The translations under genes and the position numbers were made by a program. A stretch of 64,000 nt of DNA. Origin: Gemmatales bacterium. GTDB taxonomy: Bacteria; Planctomycetota; Planctomycetia; Gemmatales; HRBIN36. Below the pieces are notes generated by a model. It was not told the origin of the DNA. It saw only the letters and a list, made by a program, of their open reading frames with translations, and ran no database searches. Below, piece by piece: positions 56,624-64,000 of this stretch (position 1 is the first letter of the stretch; every line of letters starts with the position of its first letter). The stretch lies in the NCBI GenBank assembly GCA_041640595.1, contig JBEPZY010000001.1:512001-576000 (forward strand), in the 5' to 3' direction.

Positions 56624-58318
56624 ATGGCGATGTATTTGTCCCCCGAAAAGCGAGAGCAGGGCCGGCAAAATTTCGCTGTCGAGGTTGGTAAGCAAGTCAA
56701 AGGGGAAATCACTCGCCGGCAGTTTATGAAAGGCCTGCTGGCTGCTGGCGCTGCGGTGCCGGTCTCGGCTGCGCTTTACTACGGGTACGACAAGTTTCAC
56801 GGCGAACCAGTGCGAGCGGCGTTGATTGGTTGCGGCGACGAAGGCGGAGTGCTGGTTGGCGAGCACAATCCGGACTACCTGCGATTCGTAGCGGTGTGCG
56901 ATATTCGTCCGTCCAATTTGAACCGGATTTTCGAAGGCGAGGAGAGAGGTCCGCGCAAGGGACTGAAGCGCAAGTATGGCAGCAACGTACGCAAAGAGGT
57001 TGAGGTTTTCACAGATTACCGTGAGATGCTGGAAAAGCGGAAGGATATCCAGGCGGTGGTGATTGCCGTTCCGCTGCACCTGCACGCCAAGATTGCCATT
57101 GACTGTATGCGAGCCGGCAAGCACGTGCTGTGCGAAAAACTCATGGCGTGGAACGTGCGGCAATGCAAGGAAATGATCCGCACCGCTCGGGAAACGGATC
57201 GCGTTCTTTCGATTGGCCATCAGCGGCATTACAGTTTGCTGTATGCCTATGCCGTCGAGTTGGTTCGCTCCGGTGCTCTGGGCGACATCAAACACATCCG
57301 GGCATTGTGGCATCGTAATAACACTTGGCCTCTGCGGGATGAACACGGAAAAATTATCAAGGATGAGAATGGTCAGATTCAGTTGCGGGACAGTTGGCGT
57401 CCTGAGATCAAGAAGGCCGACGCTGACGATGCCAAGCTTCGCGATCCGAGCTTTCTGGCTCGGCACGGCTATCGGAGCCTCGAAGAGCTGGTGCGATGGC
57501 GGCTCTACCTGCGCACGGGCGGAGGACTCATGGCCGAACTGGGCAGCCACCAGCTTGATGCGTGCAGCATCTTCCTGGGCAAAGTTCATCCGCTGGCCGT
57601 GACCGCGATAGGCGGCAAATACTTTTACCGGGACGACCGTGAAGTGGAAGACCACGTCTATTGCACATACGAGTTTCCCGGGCCTAACTACTACGAACGC
57701 GACGACCAGGGACAAATCGTTTACGAAGTTCGCGACGGTCGCCGCTTGCCGAAAGTGAAAGACCGCAATGACATCGTTGTGGTAACTTATTCCAGCATCA
57801 ACACCAATGCGTTTGAAGAATACGGCGAGTGCGTGATGGGTACCCGCGGCACGTTGATGGTGTTGCGCGAACAAGACGCGCTGTTTTATCCGGAGCCGGA
57901 TCCCTATGGCCGTGGTAGTGGTGGGCAGACGACCGTCCAGGTGACCCAGGCTGCTGCGGGCAAACCAGCGGTAGAATCTTCGGCTTCAGAACCGCGCGAA
58001 CAGTATCTGAAACAGGGGCAAGCCGTTCTCCCGCGGGAAGTCAGTCGCGGATACCGCGAGGAAATGGAACACTTTGCCTACTGCGTCAAGATGTGGGAAG
58101 ACCGGAACGTCAAACCGGAAGAGCGTCCCTGGCCTCGTTGCCACGGCGAGGTGGCTATGGCGGATGCCATCGTTGCCCTGGCCGCTAACGTAGCGATGCG
58201 CGGAGTCGAAGGGAGTGGCCCACGGCGCATCGAGTTCCAACCTGAATGGTTCGACCCGAACAATCTGGGGGCATTGCCGGACGCTCATGTGAAACAGTGG
58301 GGCCCCCCATTCGAGTAG
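56624..58318 (+). CDS. Tat-exported Gfo/Idh/MocA oxidoreductase
   Basis: TRRQFMKG twin-arginine motif; ALIGCGDEG, IAVPLHLH, GKHVLCEKLM, IGHQRHYS, WRLY..TGGGLMAELGSHQLD; SD GGAGG. Confidence 0.92.
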   Translation: MAMYLSPEKREQGRQNFAVEVGKQVKGEITRRQFMKGLLAAGAAVPVSAALYYGYDKFHGEPVRAALIGCGDEGGVLVGEHNPDYLRFVAVCDIRPSNLNRIFEGEERGPRKGLKRKYGSNVRKEVEVFTDYREMLEKRKDIQAVVIAVPLHLHAKIAIDCMRAGKHVLCEKLMAWNVRQCKEMIRTARETDRVLSIGHQRHYSLLYAYAVELVRSGALGDIKHIRALWHRNNTWPLRDEHGKIIKDENGQIQLRDSWRPEIKKADADDAKLRDPSFLARHGYRSLEELVRWRLYLRTGGGLMAELGSHQLDACSIFLGKVHPLAVTAIGGKYFYRDDREVEDHVYCTYEFPGPNYYERDDQGQIVYEVRDGRRLPKVKDRNDIVVVTYSSINTNAFEEYGECVMGTRGTLMVLREQDALFYPEPDPYGRGSGGQTTVQVTQAAAGKPAVESSASEPREQYLKQGQAVLPREVSRGYREEMEHFAYCVKMWEDRNVKPEERPWPRCHGEVAMADAIVALAANVAMRGVEGSGPRRIEFQPEWFDPNNLGALPDAHVKQWGPPFE

Positions 58319-58723
58319 CAACAATTCGGCCAGCGTGTGAATGGTGTCCGCGATTGGGCATTAGGCATATCGTGAACAGTCGGCCGAACTGCTAGTGGAA
58401 CGAGCTCCGGAATAGCGACTTAGCGAAGTAGTGCGTCCGTGGCCGGGGCTGGCCATCAGCCCGAGCAAATTCGCGGGTATGTCAGGGCTGACGAGGGTGC
58501 CCACGCAAGCGAGTTGGTCTTGTAGAATATGTGGCGGTTGGTAGGAAAGAGCGGCAGGCTGGTCCGCACACCGAACCAGCTCCGATTACCGGACGACCGG
58601 CTGGCCAGCACAAATATGCCTTCTTGCAGCCAACCTGGCGCTGGCGACGCCATAGCCAATGCTCTCTTGAGAGGGGCAGGCTAATCGCCAGCTTCGACCG
58701 CATGGCAGATTGAGGCGATCAGC

Positions 58724-59299
58724 TCAACAATGACGGGATGGCCCACGATTTACGAACGAACTGAAATCATCCAAAACCATCGGGGCGTAGCTCAGCTTGG
58801 CGAGAGCGCCTGGTTTGGGACCAGGAGGTCGCAGGTTCGAATCCTGTCGCCCCGATTTGAGCTGACCCACTCCGAACGCGGGCACTCGAAATAGTCGAAA
58901 CCAGCCACTGCAAGGAACAAACGGCAATAGCTGCGGTCGGCGGAAAACAAAGCCATACATGCAAGGCGGAGCAAACCACTCCGGCAGGTTCCAGTGCAGG
59001 GCACTGTCCAATACGAATTGTTCCCGGTCGCAATATTGCAAACAGTCCACCAGTTCAACCCTACCGAGGATGCCACCACACAATTCCGCCAGCCGTCGGG
59101 CATTGTCGGGAATAGGCCACGGCACCGAGCGCGTATCCGGCTGACGGGCCGCATGAATCAATAACGCTCCGCGATACGATGTCGTCCACGTTCGGACTTC
59201 GATAGTCTTGTAGCCCAGGACCACCAGAGCGGCCCACGGTTGCTTCAGCGACAGGGCAATCGGCGCATTCTTCTGGTTACGGCGTGCGGAGCTGGGCAT
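58724..59299 (-). CDS. ASCH domain protein (ASC-1-like)
   Basis: ALSLKQPWAALVVLGYKTIEVRTW.T.YRG.LLIHA (GxKxxExR motif), GGILGRVELVDC; the 3' end runs antisense through tRNA-Pro. Confidence 0.88.
   Translation of the reverse strand: MPSSARRNQKNAPIALSLKQPWAALVVLGYKTIEVRTWTTSYRGALLIHAARQPDTRSVPWPIPDNARRLAELCGGILGRVELVDCLQYCDREQFVLDSALHWNLPEWFAPPCMYGFVFRRPQLLPFVPCSGWFRLFRVPAFGVGQLKSGRQDSNLRPPGPKPGALAKLSYAPMVLDDFSSFVNRGPSRHC
58781..58855 (+). tRNA. tRNA-Pro (TGG)
   Basis: CGGGGCG/CGCCCCG acceptor stem, anticodon arm CCTGG-TTTGGGA-CCAGG, GCAGG-TTCGAAT-CCTGT T arm; CCA not encoded. Confidence 0.96.
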
Positions 59300-59610
59300 G
59301 ACAGAGTCCGGTTCATCCCAGGAGAGAAGTTTTTGCTGAGAATATGCGACGTAACGGATAAGACAAGTTTGCAGAGGATTCAGGCGTGAGCTAAACTTGA
59401 ACGGCTACTCTGCGACAAGCAAGCCAATACGGGACGAACGGCATGTTACGCTTGCCGTAGCTTCGGGGCCGAACCAGGCCGCTCAGGGCAACCACAACGG
59501 AAAGTGATGTCCCGGACCTGGCTTCAGGCTCGATTGCACTGAGCGCACAAGCACAACTGGACCGCGGAGCTTGGAAACTCTCCCAGCTGAGAAGAAACCC
59601 AGGAGGAAGC

Positions 59611-62600
59611 ATGCCGGTGCGCATCGAAACTGGTGCTGAGCCCATTCCCGGCTACCGCCTCCTGAACCGGATTGGCGGAGGAGGATTTGGAGAGGTCTGG
59701 CGTGCCGAGGCGCCAGGCGGTCTATTGAAGGCTATCAAGTTCGTTTATGGCGATTTGCAAATTTCCGGCGACGCCGATAGCAATCGCGCCCAGCAGGAGC
59801 TAAAAGCTCTCGCCCGTGTCCGTAAGGTACGGCACCCCTTTATCCTTTCACTCGAACGGTTTGATATTGTGGACGGGCAGTTGATCATCGTGATGGAACT
59901 GGCTGACCGCAACCTGTGGGATCGCTTTCGTGAATGTCGCAGCAAAGGATTACCTGGCATCCCGCGTTCGGAATTGCTCGGTTACATGGAAGAGGCGGCG
60001 GAAGCGCTCGACTTAATGAACATTCAATACGACCTGCAGCATCTGGACATCAAACCACAAAATCTCTTTCTCATCCACAATCACGTCAAGGTGGCCGACT
60101 TTGGCCTGGTAAAAGACCTGCAAGGCCTGGCAGCGTCGGTAACAGGCGGGGTTACGCCTGTTTATGCGGCGCCCGAAACCTTCGACGGCTGGGTGAGCCG
60201 TTACAGCGACCAGTATAGTTTGGCCATCGTGTATCAGGAACTGTTGACTGGAGTACGCCCGTTTCGTGCGAACACCACTCAGCAACTCATCCAGCTCCAT
60301 CTGACCGGTAAACCCGATCTGTCACCGTTGCCACCCGGGGATCGGCCCGTAATAGCCCGAGCGCTGGCTAAAACGCCGCACGAACGCCATCCGAGTTGCC
60401 TGGAAATGGTGCAGGCTTTGCGACAGGCCGGTGGTGAGTCTCGCCGCGTCTTGTTGCCCGGCTTCGTCGAAAACCTCGGGGACACTTCGCAGGCGGAATA
60501 CACGGCCAGCGCTGAAGAGCAGCAGCGCACCAACCCGGCTGCTCCTCTGCCTGAACAAGAGGCTGTCCCCGCCGATGCCAGCCGCACGCACGCAGTGGGA
60601 ATCGCTACGCAAGCCATGGAACGCCGCAGCGAGCGGCTAGGAAAGGGCGTGATCGTCCCGGCTTTGGTAGTGGGTGTGGGAGGCTGGGGATTGGCCGTGC
60701 TGCGACAACTGACACGGCGTCTGGCAGATCGATTTGGTTCCGTGCGGGAATTGCCACACCTGCGGTTGCTGCATCTGGATACCGATTCGGAGTCCCAGCG
60801 GGGTTGGGGTGAAGAGTTTCTTCTCCATGGTGGTGAAAGCTTGCTGATGCGGTTGCAGCGACCCGCGCGCTACCTGCGACCCAAAGATAATCTGCCCGAC
60901 ATCACCGAATGGCTCGACCCGCAGATGCTATACCGCATGCCGCGCAGTCAATTAACGGGCGGGATGCGGGCATTGGGGAGATTGGCGTTCGTCGAACACT
61001 ATCGCAATGTGCGTTCTCGCCTGCAACAGGCCTTAGAAGCCATCACGCAGCCCGATGCGTTGAACCAGGCGGTTAGTCGTTGCCAGCTGGAAATGCGTTC
61101 GGATTGGCCGCTGGTTTTTGTGGTCGCTCATCTGGGCGGTGGAACGGGAAGTGGGATGCTGCTGGATTTGGCGTATCTTGTCCGCCAGCTCTTACTGGAG
61201 CAGGGTTATTTACCGCCGCGGGTGATTGCCCTGCTTGGGTTAACGGACCCTGAAGCTGCACGGGCGTCGTTGTTACCCCTGGCCAATACTTATGCGGCCT
61301 TGAAAGAGCTGGAGTTTTTCCAGGCTGGGGGCAGGCGTTTCACGGCCCGCTACGAAGCGAAGGGCAGCGTAATCCAGGATGTTTCTCCCCCATTCACCCG
61401 GTGTTTCCTGACCAGCGCAGCAGACGAACGAAATGCGGGCGATGACGAAGCTGATGCCTCACTGAATAGCTCCACCCAGGCTGCCGATTGGCTGTATCGG
61501 GAACTTTTCACTCCCCTGGGCCGACAGGCCGAGCTGATTCGGTCTCTGGACGACTCGCCGCGTGACGGTGTCCGGGGTGTAGCGGATCCCGGCGGACTCA
61601 CTGACGGAGCTAATCAGCCAGATGAGCCGGCCCGAGCGTCAACGTTATCCCTTTTCGGCCTGGCATCGCTCGAACATCCGTGGCGGCAGATTGTTCACGG
61701 CGTGGCCACCTATTTGGCCGGACGCCTGGTGCGGCAATGGTGCGAAAGTTCAGATGAAAACGCAGTCGCCGAGCTGGAACAGCACTGGCAAACGCTGACC
61801 GAATCCCTGGGAATTACCCCGGAGACACTTCAGGTTGCTCTCGAGCAGCGAGCCGCAGAGACTCTTGGTCAGGATTTTGCCCAGGCAGTCAGTCGGACTT
61901 TGAAGGAATTGCGACAGCAACATCAGGATGCTGCTGCTTACGTCTGCGATGCGCTGGCTTGCTGGCATAACTGGCTTGGCAATCCTGACGAGTCGGCCGG
62001 ATCGTGGCGTACATTTGCGCTGGTGGAATGCTGGGAGAAGTTTCTCGAAGCAGTTTTGCAACAGGCATCGGAGGCTTTGCTCAACTGGGTCTGGCAATTT
62101 GTGGAAGTCCCTGGAGCTCGGTTACCTGCCGCAGAAAATGCACTGCGTCTGGCCATGACAAAGTGCGATTCCTGGCTCCAGGTTTTGGAAGCCCAGCAAA
62201 GCGAAGCCATAGGCAATCAACATGCCGCTGAAAAGGAGCTGGAAGAAGCTTTGCGGGAGTGGGAACGGGGCAGCCGTGTCTGGATGCTCGAACGGCGGAG
62301 CGAACATCGCCAGCTGGCGTTGTGGGAGCGTCTGCGCTCGGCTCTCGAACAACTGGCCCTGGCCCGATTTCGCCGCGTGGCTTGCGAGCAACTGGTGCGA
62401 ATGTATCTGAGCTTGCGGGGCGAGATGTCCGATCAGGTGAAAGAACTCAATTTCTGCCGCCGAAGACTCCGTCAGTTGGCCGACCAGCTCGACCAGGCAT
62501 TTCAGCAGTTGCCGCGACTACCCACCAAGCACGGTTACCTGTATCTGCGTGGGGAAAGTTTGCCGCAGGCAGTCGAGCACGCTCTGGCTGGATTGCCCGC

Positions 62601-63162
62601 GGAAATCACGCGGCAGCTGGACGAATACTTCCAGGAACGACTGCATCGCGAAGGAGCAACCCTTCAGCAATTCTGCACCGCCAGTGGCGATGCTTTGCGG
62701 CCATTGTGTGAGGCCATTGTCAGGGAGATAGAAAACTGGCTCGAAGCCAATTGGCCCACGTGCGACGTGGCCGACTTGCTGCTGCGACGGGGCAATGGTG
62801 AGCCGTCCATTCGAGCTACTATACAGCGTCTCTTCCAGCTTGCGGCTCCGTCCGCTGTGGCATCCCTGCCCGACTCAGGGCGCAGTTTCACGGTACTAGC
62901 CTTGCCCAACTCCGAAGCCGGCCGCCAACTGGCCCAGGTAGTCGGTGCGGTTTTACCGGAAGACACGGTATTTGTGGCAGGTGAGCCTCAGGAATTGATG
63001 CTGTATCGCGAATGGATGGGGGTTCGGTTCGAAGACCTGCCACAGCTGGGCCAGGAGGCTCGCCAGGCGTATGAGCAGGTTTGTTCCCTGGAGCATTTCA
63101 CGCCCCACAGTCGTCTCGACATTCCGGCTTTTCGCAACCACACGGAGGCTCTGGCCCCGTAA
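59611..63162 (+). CDS. Ser/Thr protein kinase fused to a tubulin/FtsZ-like (Tubulin_2-type) domain
   Basis: Kinase motifs GGGGFGEVW, AIK, HLDIKPQN, VADFGL, GGVTPVYAAPE, DQYSLA; tubulin-like motifs VGVGGWG, HLDTD, R.LGRLAF, LGGGTGSGM, ANTYAALKEL; SD AGGAGG. Confidence 0.92.
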   Translation: MPVRIETGAEPIPGYRLLNRIGGGGFGEVWRAEAPGGLLKAIKFVYGDLQISGDADSNRAQQELKALARVRKVRHPFILSLERFDIVDGQLIIVMELADRNLWDRFRECRSKGLPGIPRSELLGYMEEAAEALDLMNIQYDLQHLDIKPQNLFLIHNHVKVADFGLVKDLQGLAASVTGGVTPVYAAPETFDGWVSRYSDQYSLAIVYQELLTGVRPFRANTTQQLIQLHLTGKPDLSPLPPGDRPVIARALAKTPHERHPSCLEMVQALRQAGGESRRVLLPGFVENLGDTSQAEYTASAEEQQRTNPAAPLPEQEAVPADASRTHAVGIATQAMERRSERLGKGVIVPALVVGVGGWGLAVLRQLTRRLADRFGSVRELPHLRLLHLDTDSESQRGWGEEFLLHGGESLLMRLQRPARYLRPKDNLPDITEWLDPQMLYRMPRSQLTGGMRALGRLAFVEHYRNVRSRLQQALEAITQPDALNQAVSRCQLEMRSDWPLVFVVAHLGGGTGSGMLLDLAYLVRQLLLEQGYLPPRVIALLGLTDPEAARASLLPLANTYAALKELEFFQAGGRRFTARYEAKGSVIQDVSPPFTRCFLTSAADERNAGDDEADASLNSSTQAADWLYRELFTPLGRQAELIRSLDDSPRDGVRGVADPGGLTDGANQPDEPARASTLSLFGLASLEHPWRQIVHGVATYLAGRLVRQWCESSDENAVAELEQHWQTLTESLGITPETLQVALEQRAAETLGQDFAQAVSRTLKELRQQHQDAAAYVCDALACWHNWLGNPDESAGSWRTFALVECWEKFLEAVLQQASEALLNWVWQFVEVPGARLPAAENALRLAMTKCDSWLQVLEAQQSEAIGNQHAAEKELEEALREWERGSRVWMLERRSEHRQLALWERLRSALEQLALARFRRVACEQLVRMYLSLRGEMSDQVKELNFCRRRLRQLADQLDQAFQQLPRLPTKHGYLYLRGESLPQAVEHALAGLPAEITRQLDEYFQERLHREGATLQQFCTASGDALRPLCEAIVREIENWLEANWPTCDVADLLLRRGNGEPSIRATIQRLFQLAAPSAVASLPDSGRSFTVLALPNSEAGRQLAQVVGAVLPEDTVFVAGEPQELMLYREWMGVRFEDLPQLGQEARQAYEQVCSLEHFTPHSRLDIPAFRNHTEALAP

Positions 63163-63224
63163 GCAGCTTTTTCGCTTACTCGAATTTACCACGTGTTCAG
63201 CCGAACCGGCTGCCGCTTCGACAT

Positions 63225-63995
63225 TCACCGCGTGCCTGGAAACATCGGAGGTGTCTGTTTGCTGGTTTGCGTCTCGCTAGCCGAGGGCGGTTGGGCCTCG
63301 GGACTGTTTCCGCCCTCGAAGTCACGCCAGCGGTAACCGACGCCCCGCACGGTCTCAATGTTCGATCCAGCCTCGCCAAGTTTTCGGCGAAGCGACTTGA
63401 TATGCACGTCCACCGTGCGTTCCAGGACCATGTCTGCATCCCCGCCGGCTGCTTCCAGCAATTCCGTGCGGTTGAAGGCTCGCCCTGGCTGTTGGAGAAA
63501 CACTTCCAGGAGCCGGAACTCCGTCGGCGTGAGATGCACCGGCTGGTCACGAACGAACGCACGCCTGCTGCGTCGGTCGAGACGCACTATTCCGTGCACG
63601 AATACCTGCACTCCTTCTTCGCTGCCAGCCCGTCGCAGCAATGCTCGTATTCGCTGAATGAGCACCTTGACGCTGAACGGTTTGGTCACGTAATCATCTG
63701 CTCCGGCCGCCAGGCCGACAATCTGGTCCACTTCTTCACTGCGGGCGGTCAGCATCAGAATGGGCACTCGAGTGGTCGCCGGGTCCTGACGCAGCAGACG
63801 ACAGACTTCCACACCATCGAGGCCGGGCAACATCAAATCCAAGATAACCACATCCGGCGGTTGCAGTTGTGCCATGCGCACTGCTTCACGTCCATCTCCA
63901 CACCACATAACCTCGAAGTTCTCTCGCGTCAGGTTGTAGCGTAACACCTCAACCAGCCCGGGGTCATCTTCTACGAGTAAAATCCGTGCCGGCAT
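63225..63995 (-). CDS. OmpR/PhoB family response regulator
   Basis: ILLVEDD, ILDLMLPGLDG, MLTAR.EE, GADDYVTKPFS, LTPTEFRLL, RTVDVHI..LR.KL, IETVRGVGY. Confidence 0.95.
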   Translation of the reverse strand: MPARILLVEDDPGLVEVLRYNLTRENFEVMWCGDGREAVRMAQLQPPDVVILDLMLPGLDGVEVCRLLRQDPATTRVPILMLTARSEEVDQIVGLAAGADDYVTKPFSVKVLIQRIRALLRRAGSEEGVQVFVHGIVRLDRRSRRAFVRDQPVHLTPTEFRLLEVFLQQPGRAFNRTELLEAAGGDADMVLERTVDVHIKSLRRKLGEAGSNIETVRGVGYRWRDFEGGNSPEAQPPSASETQTSKQTPPMFPGTR

Positions 63996-64000
63996 GACCA

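Noticed and set aside
56552..57874. 440-aa minus-strand ORF
   Set aside because: Antisense shadow of the Gfo/Idh/MocA gene
63081..63944. 287-aa plus-strand ORF
   Set aside because: Shadow of the PhoB-like regulator

Overview
Chromosomal backbone region of a roughly 58-60% GC bacterium (estimated by eye), most likely a planctomycete of the Gemmataceae/Gemmatales type. This is inferred from a TIGR03000-type domain protein, a FlgI-HEAT protein next to smc, a kinase-tubulin fusion and an EF-P with a PGNWR loop. About 43 CDSs are supported, including rpmF-plsX-fabD, a ROK kinase, pgi, apgM, purC, a divergent enolase, efp, smc, an nfeD-nfeD-floA operon, addB-addA, a DoxX-Gfo/Idh/MocA pair and a PhoB-like regulator. 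Two tRNAs (His-GTG, Pro-TGG) are present. I saw no transposase, integrase, prophage or CRISPR array. The most notable observations are: (1) a 1183-aa non-RD Ser/Thr kinase fused to a tubulin/FtsZ-like GTPase domain; (2) an unannotated ~75-nt transcription unit (near-consensus sigma70 promoter, then an intrinsic terminator) upstream of the ROK kinase, a candidate sRNA or attenuator; (3) a low-GC trough at about 17-23 kb with a dif-like 28-mer near its centre; (4) an enolase paralogue with two active-site substitutions; (5) a FlgI-HEAT lipoprotein gene directly upstream of smc; (6) an ASCH ORF that reads antisense through tRNA-Pro. All calls come from motif recognition by eye; no database search was run.
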